64,000 bases of DNA from the NCBI GenBank assembly GCA_918797485.1, contig CAKKNE010000001.1, positions 1,054,001 to 1,118,000 on the forward strand, in the 5' to 3' direction. Both the position numbers and the translations under genes were made by a program. Shown one piece after another: positions 1 to 11,149 of the stretch (positions are counted from its first letter, which is position 1; every line of letters starts with the position of its first letter). Under the pieces are notes generated by a model, which did not search any database, was not told the origin of the DNA, and saw only the letters and a program-made list of their open reading frames with translations. This stretch comes from Pelagomonas calceolata (Eukaryota).

Positions 1-52
1 TTGCGGCATTTGGCGCCACAGGGGCTGCACAAGCCTGCATGCTGCACGACGC

Positions 53-1297
53 ATGATGCGTCGCGCGAAGAAACGAGCCGAGCCGCGCGGCCCGTCGCCG
101 CGGAGGATAGGACTCCTCGTCGCGTTCTGCCTGCTCGCCGTCGGCGTGCCGTACTGGTTCAAGGGACGCACGAGCCCGCCCGCACCACCTACAACCTCGC
201 TGCACGACCTCCGCCGGTCCGCTCCTGTCATAGGCGACGGCCTCGTGAGCCAGTGGACGGAGATCGCGAGCCTTAGCTGGTACCACACGGACAAGCTCGA
301 CAAAGATGAGCTGGCGAGCGAAGCGTCGAAGGCGGAGGAGCGTGCAAGACTCGTAGCAGAATGTTTCCGCCGCGACCCGGGTAATGGCGCGCGCCTCTGG
401 GGTACCGACCAGATGAAGAAGCGCCTCATTTTTGTGCACGTGCCCAAGTGCGGCGGCTCGGCGCTGACGGCGACGTTAAGACGTTTAGCGTGTGTCGCCA
501 ACGGGAACCCGACGAACCCCTGCTGCAGCAACCCCGGCTTCTGTCAAAGAAATAGGCAGAAGATGCGCCTGTGTCCTGATGTCTTAAATTGCCACTCGCA
601 CCAGCCGCAATTATCGTTATTCTTCGGGGCTCGAAGCCTGAACCGCCACCTCAAGGCCGTGACCATGGTCCGCGAGCCACTCGGAAGGGTCGTCTCTGCG
701 TGGCACTACCGCTGCCACAACCCGAACTGGGACTGCTTTCATATCGACGGGAGCGTGCAGTGGGCCGAGAGAAAGCGATTGCATGATGACTGGTACGTGC
801 GGCCGCCGAACGCGTCGGACTCGCTGCCCTGGGTCTCCTTCGGTCAATTTTTGGGGATGGAGCACTACCAGAACGTCCAGACGCGGATGCTTGGGAGTGA
901 TCGGTTCCCCTACTCCCCAACAAGAGTGGAGGCCCTGGACGTGCGGCGCGCTTTATCTCGCATCGACGCCCACTTTGCGGTCGTGGGGGTGTTTGAGCTA
1001 TTCGAGCACTCGGCGGCATTAATAGCGGTCCTGGCGGGCGTGCCCGTCGACCCCGCGGATTTGCTAAGGGTGCGCGCGCAGCATACGCCCAAATATTCCG
1101 AGTTTACCGCGGCGCTGACGGGCGACGCGGCGCTGGCCGCGAAGGTTCTGGAGAAGAATGTTCATGATCAAACGCTGCACCGGGAGGCGTCCATGCGATT
1201 GTGTCGGCAGCTGCGCGAGAATGATTTGCTGGAGCTGCCGGGGTGCGCGGATCCTGTTGCCGCGAAGGCGCGGGCGTTTTGTGCTAAAGTTTTGTAG
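53..1297 (+). CDS. Golgi-type sulfotransferase (Sulfotransfer_2-like), type II membrane protein
   Basis: N-terminal TM helix; 5'-PSB motif FVHVPKCGGS; 3'-PB motif REPLGRVVSAW; NVQTRML and VGVFELFEHS segments typical of the family. Confidence 0.8.
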   Translation: MMRRAKKRAEPRGPSPRRIGLLVAFCLLAVGVPYWFKGRTSPPAPPTTSLHDLRRSAPVIGDGLVSQWTEIASLSWYHTDKLDKDELASEASKAEERARLVAECFRRDPGNGARLWGTDQMKKRLIFVHVPKCGGSALTATLRRLACVANGNPTNPCCSNPGFCQRNRQKMRLCPDVLNCHSHQPQLSLFFGARSLNRHLKAVTMVREPLGRVVSAWHYRCHNPNWDCFHIDGSVQWAERKRLHDDWYVRPPNASDSLPWVSFGQFLGMEHYQNVQTRMLGSDRFPYSPTRVEALDVRRALSRIDAHFAVVGVFELFEHSAALIAVLAGVPVDPADLLRVRAQHTPKYSEFTAALTGDAALAAKVLEKNVHDQTLHREASMRLCRQLRENDLLELPGCADPVAAKARAFCAKVL

Positions 1298-1321
1298 TAG
1301 TCTTACTTTTCACATACAATA

Positions 1322-1409
1322 GGAAGCGTGGGGCCGCGTGTCTCGGCGGATGGGGTTGGAATAGTTCCGTCCTCCACCCACGTCATGTCAGTGCGCGGTC
1401 GTGCTTCCT
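1322..1409 (-). promoter_or_regulatory. SECIS element (type II-like) in the 3' UTR of selenoprotein O
   Basis: Minus strand reads GGAAGC..CCGCG..AUGAC GUGGGUGGAG GAC GGAA-CUA-UUCC AA CCCCAUCCGC CGAG..CGCGG..GCUUCC: helix I, UGAC/CGAG quartet, 10-bp helix II and apical mini-stem, starting ~12 nt after the stop. Confidence 0.8.
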
Positions 1410-1420
1410 CGCTCGACGCT

Positions 1421-3166
1421 TCACGACGATCACGACATGTAGCCGACGCCGCCCTGCGTGTGAGCGCCGTCGGGCGCGCGGCGGGCGTATTTGGCCACAA
1501 GCGCAGGGTCGTGGTCGTCGCTGTACGGCCTACTAAACAGCCGCTGCAGCGTCTCGATGACCGAGTTGTCGCCGCGCTCGGCGGCTTCGTAGGCCTCCAC
1601 GAGCATCCACTCGCGCGGCACGAACAACGGGTTCACTTGATTCATTCCCTTCACGTCGGGTTCCGCGCGGCGCCAGCGCGCGAGCCAATCGCGCCACTTT
1701 TTCGCCTTTGCCGGCGACGGCGGGACATAGAACGCCGGTGCGAGCGCCTCCAACGCGTCGGCGTCCGTCCGAGCGGTGGCCGCCAGACGGCGCCAGAATA
1801 ACGTATAGTCGACGTCCGCGTCGAGGAGAGCGGCGGAGTCGGCCCATAGCTTCGTAGCCGAGGCTTGATCATGGACGAGGCCTAGCTTGGCCGCCCACAT
1901 CGCCATCTCGGCCCGTTCCGCTTCGTCGGCGAAGGCTTGGCGCGCGGCGGTCGCGGCGGCCGCGTCGTCGAGGAGTGGTTCCAGGCTTCTCACCAACGTC
2001 TCCCAGTTTCGCCGAGCGGCCTCGACTTGGTTGCCAAAAGAAAAGTGCTCGCCGGACCCGACCCACATCGCCCACTTCGGATCATAGCGCTCCATGAAGC
2101 CAAAGGGCCCGTAGTCTAATGTAGAGCCTCCGACGAGGCAGTTATCGCTGTTGAAATTTGACTGGACGTATCCAACGCGCTGCCATGAGAGTGCCAGTGA
2201 GATGAACCGGCGCCGCGCGGCGACGATCAGGTCGAGCACGGCGTCGGCGAGCAGTGGGCGTCCAGTGCCGTAGCTCTCTTTTTCTCGCACGTACCAGAAG
2301 AGCTCCTCGAGCTGTTGTTTCGCGAGCGGGTCGCCGGTCCGCCTCCAGCGCCGCGCGTATAGCTCGAGACTGCCGACTCTTACGAACGTTCTCGCCACGC
2401 GCGTCGTGATCGCGCGAAATTCTTGATGCATAATGTCTCCACCGTGCGGCGGGACCGGCCGATAAAACGGGTCGACAGTCGTCTGAGTCGAATACCAGGG
2501 GCGTGCTGCCATGTCCTTTTCATCACGAGACGCGATCAACGACAGCGCCCGCGTTGTCGGTACTCCTAGCGCCGCCATCGCTTCCGAAGCGAGGAACTCG
2601 CGCGTCGACGACCGGATCACGGCGTTGCCGTCGCCGCGCCGAGCAAATGGCGTCGGGCCGCTGCCTTTCAATTGCAACTCCCAACCATCGACCGTACATA
2701 TGGACGCAGCTCGGCCGTCGCCGTAGCCGTCCCCCACACCGCCATCAGAAATTTGTTCGCTACCGTATATGCTGAGACCGTACGGCGTGGACCATGGATT
2801 GGAATGCAGCGGCCGGAGCGCTTCGATGCCAGCATCACCGCCTGAGAAGATAGCCGCAAAGGCGGCTCGCGACGCCTCTTGCGGATCTAGACTCAGCAAT
2901 TCGAGCGTCGAGTTCGACACAGCGAGGAGTTGCGGCTGAGAGAGTGGCCTCAGGCGCAGCGGCGCGACGAAGTGGCCATTGCGCACAGGCCTCGCGCGAT
3001 CGTTCGGCGCGTGAGCAGCGGCCTCAGCTTCGACGGTGAGCTGCGAGGTGTACGTGTTGTCGACGCGTCGCGCGAGAGCCTCCAACGTAGAATGGTTGTC
3101 TGCTGCGGCCCGCGTGTGCTGTAACAAAACTACTGGGAGCAATATCAATGGCAAACACCAATTCAT
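1421..3166 (-). CDS. SELENOO: Selenoprotein O (YdiU/SelO protein adenylyltransferase); in-frame UGA at 1432-1430 read as Sec, C-terminus MS-U-SS*
   Basis: Motifs YGDGRA, ELQLKGSGPTPFARRGDG, SSTREFLASEAM, LGVPTTRAL, NSDN, LDYGPFGF, NPLFVPREW; ATG TCG TGA TCG TCG TGA matches the SelO xU/CSS terminus; SECIS downstream; hydrophobic leader after ATG 3166. Confidence 0.92.
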
Positions 3167-3340
3167 CGCTGAGTAATCGATCAAAAACTAGGTTTGCAAG
3201 CACTGGCTCAAAGGCTGCCAAACGTGCGCGCAGGCGGGATCTTGAGCTCAAGTCGCTGTCGGCTATCAAGCCACAGTCCAGAGGCCACTCCTGATTGCTA
3301 GTTCGCATCCATGCGAGCTGTACAGCCGAGGTGCGCGCTC

Positions 3341-3363
3341 CTAGTGTGTTACAGACCGCTAGC
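3341..3363 (+). promoter_or_regulatory. Recurrent upstream motif (CTAGTGTGTTACAGACCGCTAGC)
   Basis: Copy of a ~23-bp motif found at about 12 gene starts; lies between divergent SelO and PCYOX genes. Confidence 0.6.
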
Positions 3364-3434
3364 TGGCGCTGCCGCGCTTTTGCGCAGGCTTTCACGCTTG
3401 TTATGCCTCGAAAGGAGAACGGCAGCTCGTAAAA

Positions 3435-4781
3435 ATGCTGGTACTCTTAACGCTGCTGACGTTGAAAGCCGCAGCTCCGATCACTGTGCGCGAAGAGCGA
3501 GTGGTGGGCATTGTTGGCTCGGGTGTTGCGGGCGCGGCGACGGCGCATTTCCTGCGCGAATCGCGGCCGGACCTGCGAGTGATCGTCTTCGAGCGCGATG
3601 CGGTAATAGGCGGCCGCGCGAGGACCGTCGATCTGGCCGGCCGTCGGGTCGACCTCGGCGCGACGGCCATCTCGACGCTGAACCACTATTTGCTCAACTT
3701 CACGGCTGGCATGAAGCGCGCGAACGACGGAGGCCCGTCGACGCTCGCGATCTACGACGGGTCCAGCTTCCGCTTCCAGAGCAGCGAGGGTACGCTGCCT
3801 CTGGCTGCGCACCTCACGGAGCGCTACGGCGCCGACTGGTTGAAAATAATACCTATCGTGAGGCAGATGGCTTCCAGACTAAGTCGAATCTACGAGCTGC
3901 AGCGCCGCGGCGTCGCCTTCGAGACGCCGGCCGCGCTGTCAGAAGCCTTGGATCTGTACAATCTGACGCAAGTCAGCGCCTACGACTACTTTCGACGCAT
4001 CGGCTTGCCGTCGGAATTCATCTACGAGTTCATCGATGGGGCCTCGCGAGACAACTACAACCAGGACGGGTCACTCAACGCTCTAGCTGATCTCGTATCC
4101 CTCGCGGGCGCCGGCCTGGCCGGCGACGTCTTCGAGCTTCAGGAGGGAACGGCCCAGATTCCACAACGGCTTTTGCAGGGCGCCGAAGTTCGACTGAACA
4201 CCCGCGTCGAAGCCGTGCGGCTCCACCCCAGCCAGCTCAATTATGCGATTCTCGACGCCGCGGGCCGCGAAACCAGCGTCGACGCGGTCGTTCTGGCTAC
4301 ACCCCTGGAATTTACCAATATCTCACTGCCCGTCGACGTCAAAACTAGCCCGCGCCCCTACCAACCTACGTATGTGGCGCTCGCTGCAGGGCGCCTGAGC
4401 CGCGAGGCCTTCGGCGACCGCGCGGACGAGCTCGACACTGTGCTAACTGTCGAAACTACCAATGTGAGCTTCAGCTGTATTGGGGTTCATGGGGAGAGCG
4501 CCGGCGGTGATCCGATCTATAAAATCATGAGCCGCCACCGGCTGAGCGACAACGAGCTCGACGCCTACGTCTTCGAGCGCCGGTCGTCATCAGTCGCGCG
4601 GGCGGACTGGGACGCGTCGGGGGCCTACACGAAACTGGAGCCATCAACCGGATGGCCGCCGTTCGTCCTCCGCAACCGACTCTTCTACGCGAACATGGAG
4701 TCCCCGGTCAGTTGCATGGAGACGCAGATCATCTCGGGGAAGAACGCGGCGCTGCTCGTGGCGGAGGCGCTGCCTTTGTAG
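3435..4781 (+). CDS. PCYOX1: Prenylcysteine oxidase/lyase (FAD-dependent), with signal peptide
   Basis: VGIVGSGVAG Rossmann motif, IGGRART, NYNQD, YANMESPVSCMETQIISGKNAA C-terminal signature. Confidence 0.85.
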   Translation: MLVLLTLLTLKAAAPITVREERVVGIVGSGVAGAATAHFLRESRPDLRVIVFERDAVIGGRARTVDLAGRRVDLGATAISTLNHYLLNFTAGMKRANDGGPSTLAIYDGSSFRFQSSEGTLPLAAHLTERYGADWLKIIPIVRQMASRLSRIYELQRRGVAFETPAALSEALDLYNLTQVSAYDYFRRIGLPSEFIYEFIDGASRDNYNQDGSLNALADLVSLAGAGLAGDVFELQEGTAQIPQRLLQGAEVRLNTRVEAVRLHPSQLNYAILDAAGRETSVDAVVLATPLEFTNISLPVDVKTSPRPYQPTYVALAAGRLSREAFGDRADELDTVLTVETTNVSFSCIGVHGESAGGDPIYKIMSRHRLSDNELDAYVFERRSSSVARADWDASGAYTKLEPSTGWPPFVLRNRLFYANMESPVSCMETQIISGKNAALLVAEALPL

Positions 4782-5127
4782 GATGCCTTGTGTGACTAAC
4801 TTGTAACTTGAATACGCCTATTCGGGATTAGAAACGCCCCTCGGTTTCGGCGAGTCGTGCGACGACCGCCGCCCCGACCCGCCGCGGACACGGAAGTCGG
4901 CTCGGCCACCATCGCGACGACATGATCTCGACGGCGACGACCGTCGCGTAATCGGAGACGCTACCCGACCGCGTTATTCGCCAGTGGACGTGGTCGAAGC
5001 ACTCTCGTAAAGCCAGCGGCACGTGCGCGGCCGGCGTCGTCTGGCGCGTTCGACGGCCTCGACTCGCGGAACGGGTCCGCGCCCTGAAGCTGCACGCCGT
5101 AGATCAAAGAAGACACATAACAACAGA

Positions 5128-5601
5128 TTACTTGTGGTACCCGCTCCCTCTCCTAATTTCCGCCGCCCTGTAAATTTGCTCCGCCAACACGACGCGCGCG
5201 AGCTGGTGCGGCAAGGTTAAATCTGACAGGCTCAGCAGCGACGCCCGCCCCCTTAATTCATCCGTGAAGCCCTCGGCCGGGCCGATGCACAGACACAGCC
5301 GCGACCCGCCTTTGTCCAACGAATCATACAAAAGTTTTGAGAACCCCTCGCTGTCGACCCGTTTTCCCTCTGGAGAGAGGCAGAGGACGGCCTCCATCTT
5401 CGCGATGGACTTTTCGAGCTGGTCGCCGCTCTTGTGCCACGTCGTCTTCAGGTCGATGGTCCCGCGCAATCGCTTCGCGTACTCGTCGACGGCGGCGGCC
5501 TCCCAGCTTTTTGGGGATGGCGCTCGTCCCGCAATATGTATATCTACTTTGTAGAGGGCCGTCGCCGTCGCGAGCAGCGCGGCGAGCGCGTGGCGCCGCA
5601 T
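5128..5601 (-). CDS. rlmH: 23S rRNA m3-pseudouridine-1915 methyltransferase (SPOUT), probably organelle-targeted
   Basis: IGPAEGF, LSLSDLTLPHQLARVVLAEQIYRA..I..GSGYHK signature; N-terminal signal-like leader. Confidence 0.9.
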   Translation of the reverse strand: MRRHALAALLATATALYKVDIHIAGRAPSPKSWEAAAVDEYAKRLRGTIDLKTTWHKSGDQLEKSIAKMEAVLCLSPEGKRVDSEGFSKLLYDSLDKGGSRLCLCIGPAEGFTDELRGRASLLSLSDLTLPHQLARVVLAEQIYRAAEIRRGSGYHK

Positions 5602-5892
5602 TTATGCTGCGGCGCTGCTAGTTGTTTGGTTCGCGGCGATGGCGTACAAGCGTGCAGGAGTGCTGGTGACGGTTGCGTGCAAGAGTGCTAATGACGGTCG
5701 CGCGATCAATGCGCCGCGTTACGGCTCTTAAGGCACACTGCACAGTGCTGCACTCCAACAAGAATGACTTTGACGGCGCAAGCAGTGGCAAAAGCAGTCC
5801 AGCTCTTAGTATCTGACCCTTTGCGACTGCTTGCACGTGGTTTTAGGCAGATCCAGCACCAGTGCGGTGCTGCACCAGCCAATTAATTCACG

Positions 5893-5915
5893 CTAGTGTC
5901 TTACAGCACGCTAGT
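5893..5915 (+). promoter_or_regulatory. Recurrent upstream motif (CTAGTGTCTTACAGCACGCTAGT)
   Basis: Between divergent rlmH and dusA. Confidence 0.6.
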
Positions 5916-6033
5916 AATTGCGACCTTCAATTGCAAAAAGTGGCGAATACGACCGCGCCTGGCTTTGTCAAGGGTGTAGAATTATCGCAGATACACCTTG
6001 GAGCCGAGCAACAACAGTGCAAGGGCAAAGCGC

Positions 6034-7185
6034 ATGCGCACCGCACTCATCATCATGGCGGCAGCGCTGCGCGGCGCCGCCGCCCTGGCCAAGCTGCCGC
6101 TCGAACGCTTCAGCGTCGCGCCCATGATGGACTATACCGACCGCCACTTCCGGCACCTCTTCCGGTTACTCTCCAGAGAGAGCGTGCTCTACACGGAAAT
6201 GGTGACTGCCAACACTCTAGTGGACGACACTGGTGCGCCGCGCCACGGGAGCGGCGACCGCTGGCTCGCGCACGACGATCACGAAGATAAGACGATCCTA
6301 CAGCTCGGCGGCTCGTCGCCAAAGGTGCTCGGCGCGGCCACTGAATTAGCAATGGCGCATCATTCGTATGCGGGCGTTAATTTGAACTGCGGCTGTCCCA
6401 GTGAGAGGGTGGCGGGTGCCGGGTGTTTTGGGGCCGCGCTCATGCGCGATCCCGATCAAGTAGCGAGCTGTGTGAAAGCGATGCATCGACATGCGCCTGT
6501 GTCCGTGAAGTGCCGCATTGGTGTTGTTGATAGTGTGAGGGATCTGAGCGACGACGAAGACGAGCTATATACTTCGCTCGCCCGATTTGTGGAGACCGTA
6601 TCAAGGGAGGGCGTTTCTCGATTTATTGTGCACGCGCGCGTCGCGGTCCTATCAGGATTGTCTCCCGACGCGAACCGCAAGGTGCCCCAAATAATGCCTG
6701 GTATTGTGCAGAGGTTACAAAGCGAGTTTCCTGCGTTGGAGATCGTCACGAACGGTGAGGTTAACTCAGTAGACGACGTCCTGGCGAGGTCTACTGGTTT
6801 GCAGGGAGCCATGGTCGGCCGCGACGCGTGCCGCCGGCCCTGGCACTACGCCGTGGTCGACGAGGAGGTCTTCGGGGCGGCGAATCCTGTTAAATCGCGG
6901 CGAGCGCTCCTCGACGCTTATGCTCACTACTGCGACCGCGCGGAGGTGGAGCTCGCCCACGACGGCTACTCGCCGCGCCGCGCGGTCCTCAAGCCCGCTT
7001 TGACCTTATTCCACGGCGACGCGGGTGCCGGCGCGTTCAAGCGGACGATCGACGCGTTGCACAAGGACGCGTCGCTGAGCGCGGGCGGCGTGCTGCGGGC
7101 GGCGGCGGAACACGTGCCCGGCGCGGTGCTGGACGCGGCGCCGGGCGAGCGCGCCGTCGTGCGCCGGGAGGCGGCGGCGGCGTAA
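6034..7185 (+). CDS. dusA: tRNA-dihydrouridine synthase, DusA-type
   Basis: SVAPMMDYTDRHFR, LYTEMV, QLGGS, NLNCGCPS, VKCRIG, HARVAVLSGLSPDANR; start taken at ATG 6034. Confidence 0.9.
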   Translation: MRTALIIMAAALRGAAALAKLPLERFSVAPMMDYTDRHFRHLFRLLSRESVLYTEMVTANTLVDDTGAPRHGSGDRWLAHDDHEDKTILQLGGSSPKVLGAATELAMAHHSYAGVNLNCGCPSERVAGAGCFGAALMRDPDQVASCVKAMHRHAPVSVKCRIGVVDSVRDLSDDEDELYTSLARFVETVSREGVSRFIVHARVAVLSGLSPDANRKVPQIMPGIVQRLQSEFPALEIVTNGEVNSVDDVLARSTGLQGAMVGRDACRRPWHYAVVDEEVFGAANPVKSRRALLDAYAHYCDRAEVELAHDGYSPRRAVLKPALTLFHGDAGAGAFKRTIDALHKDASLSAGGVLRAAAEHVPGAVLDAAPGERAVVRREAAAA

Positions 7186-7263
7186 TTTATGTTGTTGATA
7201 GAGTATTCCCCAGGCCTCGGGCGCCGTTGTGTACTCCGTGAAGCCTGATTGCGTAAATTTGCA

Positions 7264-7286
7264 GCTAGCGTCTTGTAAGACACTAG
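7264..7286 (-). promoter_or_regulatory. Recurrent upstream motif (reverse orientation)
   Basis: GCTAGCGTCTTGTAAGACACTAG about 95 nt before ATG 7382. Confidence 0.6.
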
Positions 7287-7381
7287 CAAGCCGTGCAACG
7301 CGGCCAACGCGCGCAAACGAGCTGTAGCAGCGCTTCTGTGGGGAAGGGCTGCCTGCACACGAAGGCAACCGCAGCAGAACC

Positions 7382-8605
7382 ATGGCCGGCCGCCCGCCGC
7401 GCCGCGAGTACGACGGCGACGCGCCCGGCGCCCCCGGCGGCATCATGCCTTTGAGGGCAAGGGAGCTCGTCATGCGGGGCAGCCCCGGTAAAGTGTACGA
7501 GCGCCCTGTGACCGCTGGTGGCACACGAAGGAAGCCCTCGCTCAAGACCAAGTCCCAAACTTCTCTGAGGAGGCCCTCGACGGCGGGGTCGACAGGCGGC
7601 CGGACGCTGCGGCGACCGAAGGACCGCGCTACTCTAAGTCAACAGGAGGCGACGAAGCACTTTTCTTTATCGTTAGAATTGTCCGACGCGTTGGTCAACT
7701 TTGGCGTCCTCAAGCAGGGTTTTAGGTATACCTGTTCTCGGACACTGACCAACCGGTCGGCGTCGGGACTGCGATGGAACTACAAGCGCGGTCTAGAAGA
7801 CAGCATCTCGCAATCTACCCTATCAGGAGACGACCAGGTGTCCTGCGTGACGCCGCGCGGGAGGCTAGCACCGGGCGTGGCCTTACGTTTAGCGTTTGAA
7901 GTCGTGGCCAAGAGACCGGGCGAGTGCCGGGCGTCCTTCGTGATCCAGGGCCAAGAAGATGTAGTGAGAACGGATCCGGAGCGATACACGCGGACCATCA
8001 ACGAGAAGACGCTGCAGCGGTTGTGTTCTATACCTGTAAAGTGTACTGCTACTATTTTAAGTGCAGACGACTTCAAGGCGCATGTCTTGCAGCAGCGCTT
8101 CGAGAGGAAGCCGCTCATGGCCAAGGGCGTCGAGTGCCACGGGCGGCTGCCCCCCTCGAGCGTCGAAGTGGCCTCAGTGGTCGACGAATCAGATGATGCG
8201 TCCGAGAAGCTTGATGCCGCAGTCAACGACTGGTTGGAGGGTTCGGCATTACCACAACAAGCTATTGACTTGCTCGAGGGCCAAGATGAAAATATTGTAG
8301 ATGAATTAGCACATATGCCGTTCTTCCCGGAGTGCGTGTACGACCCCGCGACCGGTGAATTGAGGATCGACGAGCGGCAGCAGGGCTTTATCGTCGATCC
8401 TAGTAGAACGCTGGAGGAGGTCGTCGCCGAGTACGACGCTCGAAATGCGAAGCGGATGAGTGAATTGGAGGGTGGCGGGTTGCTCACGGGGCGGTGCCTG
8501 GCGGAGTTCGCGCGGCGGCACTTACCGGAAGAAAAGCAGAAGGAAATAGATAGAGAGGGTCTCACTAGGAAAGATGCGGTACGCAAGGTCATGGAGGGTA
8601 AATAA
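7382..8605 (+). CDS. Hypothetical protein with a possible Ig-like (ASH/MSP-type) domain
   Basis: 407-aa ATG ORF; VNFGVLKQGFRY..LTN..GRLAPGVALRL resembles ASH-type domains. Confidence 0.6.
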   Translation: MAGRPPRREYDGDAPGAPGGIMPLRARELVMRGSPGKVYERPVTAGGTRRKPSLKTKSQTSLRRPSTAGSTGGRTLRRPKDRATLSQQEATKHFSLSLELSDALVNFGVLKQGFRYTCSRTLTNRSASGLRWNYKRGLEDSISQSTLSGDDQVSCVTPRGRLAPGVALRLAFEVVAKRPGECRASFVIQGQEDVVRTDPERYTRTINEKTLQRLCSIPVKCTATILSADDFKAHVLQQRFERKPLMAKGVECHGRLPPSSVEVASVVDESDDASEKLDAAVNDWLEGSALPQQAIDLLEGQDENIVDELAHMPFFPECVYDPATGELRIDERQQGFIVDPSRTLEEVVAEYDARNAKRMSELEGGGLLTGRCLAEFARRHLPEEKQKEIDREGLTRKDAVRKVMEGK

Positions 8606-8608
8606 TTA

Positions 8609-10907
8609 CTAGCCTCCTGGGCTGTTAGCAGTCTTCACATGGCCCGGCTCCCAGAAGCCGAAGGCATGGGCGAAGGCGTCGGGGTAGGGGCCGAAGGCTA
8701 CCTCCTTGATTGGTGGAGGTTTTGTGTTTGATACGTCGTCCTTCAACGACTCTGCGAATTGTGCGGCCGCGCGCCGCCGTCCTTCGACGCTGAGCGACCC
8801 GCGGCCCTCGCGCACCGCTTCCACGACTTTGGGCAGCTTCCCGGCCCGCCGGAGCATCTTCTTGCGCATGTCGTCGGCCAGCTTCCGCTTCCCTGCGCGA
8901 GAACGACGCCGTCGCGAAACTACCACGTCGACGGCGTCGCGGCGACGCGGTCTCGTGAAGACGCCATCTTCATGATATTGAAGTTCGGAAACGTTCGGAA
9001 ACGGACGCTGAGTCAGCACCGGCGTTCTGGCCGCCGCACTCGAAGGCCGCTCCTACCAAAGCCACCCTCCTTTTCTCGCGGTGCTTGTAGTCGCAGAAGG
9101 TCAGATGGTTGTATACCGAAGCGAGCCAGGGCTCCCTCTTGCCATCGGTTATAGCTCGCGTCTCGAAGGGCGTCCTCGCTGGCGCGACGGCGAGGCCTCT
9201 TTGTGGATCGACATCCACAAATAATACGGCAGCGTCCCTGCAACGTCTATCATGCAAAGAAACGTGGACGAGGAAGCGCAGATGCGCGGACCGCGTATCT
9301 TCACCAGTAAAGGCCGCGTCGTAGTGCGCGCCGTCGCCGTTCACATCAACAACTGAAGCACCTTGTTCAGTCAATTTTAATGATACGAACGTCGCGTCCT
9401 CATCAACTTTGAGGCGCGGGTTCGCCAAGTACGTCGCCTCCCTCCACCCAACACCTAGCCGTTCGAGGGACGCCAGTTCCACGAGCTCCCACGCTTGTAA
9501 TCTCCGAGACAGGTGCCACGTCGCCGGTAATATGAGAATGCGGTTCGTTTGGCGTGCCAGGGCGCAGAGCTCGGTCAGTCTATTTTTAAGGTAAACAAAG
9601 TCGTCGGCGCCGCTCGATGAAGCGAGGACGCCGTCGAGCGCGAGGAACCTGCCCCTACGCACGTGGAAGTAGTCGTCGCCGTCCTCCCACAACATGAGTT
9701 CCTTCGCCACAACCTTCTTGCCGAAGGACGACGACAGAGGCACCGAGGACAGCACGTGCACGGCCAGCGTGTCCCGGAACAGAAAGGGCAAGGCGTAGGA
9801 CGCGGCCACGACGCCGTCGACCAGCGTGAAGTTGTAGTTGCCCGTGCCCATCATCTTGCCCGGTCGCGTCTTTAGTATTAATGACTGCAAAGCTCCGTCG
9901 ACGAGATGGCCCCGCTCGTCCGTGTCAAATCCATCTACTTTGCAATTGTCGCGGTCTTTGATGTAGTTGATGCGCGGATGGCTGATGACCTTCTTGAGGA
10001 CGCAGTTCACCAAGCCCTGGTCGAAGGCATGGGGGTGCCTCCTCAGGTAGTCTAACAGAGTGTCGAAGAGATCATATGATCTACCATCAGTATCAGATGC
10101 GATATAATATAAACCAATATTTATCGTGTAGGGATTGTCCTCGTGCAACGCCCACGCACTTCCTGGATTCAAACCAGCCGTATCGGTTGCTGCGGCGGCT
10201 CGGAACACATCGACCACCGACGGTCCGGACGGTCGCGGCGGCAGCCACAGGTCCATCTCCCAGAAGAAGAAGCGGATTCGAGCTTTACATAACAACATGG
10301 CGGCGTAGTACTTTCCCAAGTATACGACGTCCTTCGTGGACGCCGTCCGAGGCTTCGCGAGGAACGCGACGCGCTTTTTTTGGGAACAAGCATCTTCTGC
10401 GGTGTGTCTATCTAGCGACACGTAGAAGAGTCCATCAGAGAAACCGGCTTTGCGAGCCATCTCAAAATTCGCCTCGAGCAAATCCCCATAGGCCTGGTCG
10501 ACAATTGTGAACACAACTTCGTTGGTGTGAGTGCGTCGCAAAATCTCCCTTACGACCTCTTCGAGCTGGGTCTCGAAGGGCGCATCTAGCGAAGAACAGC
10601 GTGCTGCTCCTCGTGTCGTGTTGAGGAATGTTGGCTGTACGCTGGGTAGTGGCGCGTCGCGCCAGCGGAGCTTTTTTGCCGCGGTTTGTATGTGTTGTAG
10701 CGCTTTCTTAAGTTTTAAAGATCTTCGATCGACGCTCGCGCAGCGCTGCGGCTCCGTGCACGGCGCGAGTGCTCTCGCGAGCTCTAGAGTGGCTGGTGGT
10801 GGCGGTTCGTGCACCGGCAGCTCGGGCGCGAGGTTCGATCGCTCGAGGAGCGCCGTGAAGAGGGCGAAGGTGGCTGCTGCCGCGGCGGCGGCGCGGTGGA
10901 GCTTCAT
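8609..10907 (-). CDS. Two-domain glycosyltransferase (nucleotide-diphospho-sugar transferase/GT77-like plus O-fucosyltransferase-like); exons 10907-9020 and 8892-8609
   Basis: Signal anchor; FFFWEMDLW, INIGLYY, FDQGLVN; LCALARQTNRILILP; a GT..CAG phase-1 intron at 9019-8893 joins the 8609..9019 frame. Confidence 0.7.
8893..9019 (-). other. Spliceosomal intron carrying the shared GATGGCGTCTTCACGAGACC..CCGCGACGCCGTCGAC motif
   Basis: GTGCTG...CGCGCAG; restores frame; motif closely matches the one in intron 50320-50502. Confidence 0.7.
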
Positions 10908-11127
10908 GCAGCTCCTATGCCCTTACGGATGCTCGTCACGCTTTGCGAATTGATCCAGCCGCTGCGGTAGTCGCAGGCATCTTGCAAACGCCCGCATGCA
11001 TTGGTGGGGCTGCCCTTTGCCCGTGACGGCCAAATTTATGCGCAGCTAGCTAGCGGCGTGTAAAGACAGCCGCGAGATGCATTCGTGAGCTGCCTTGTGC
11101 TCGTGACGCCGACGGGCAAAATTTGCA

Positions 11128-11149
11128 GCTAGCGGCCGTAAGACACTAG
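11128..11149 (-). promoter_or_regulatory. Recurrent upstream motif (plus a degenerate copy near 11049)
   Basis: GCTAGCGGCCGTAAGACACTAG upstream of the gene starting at 10907. Confidence 0.55.

Noticed and set aside
5128..7185. rlmH and dusA as bacterial contamination or an operon
   Set aside because: Divergent orientation, N-terminal targeting leaders and the shared upstream motif fit nuclear genes for organellar proteins
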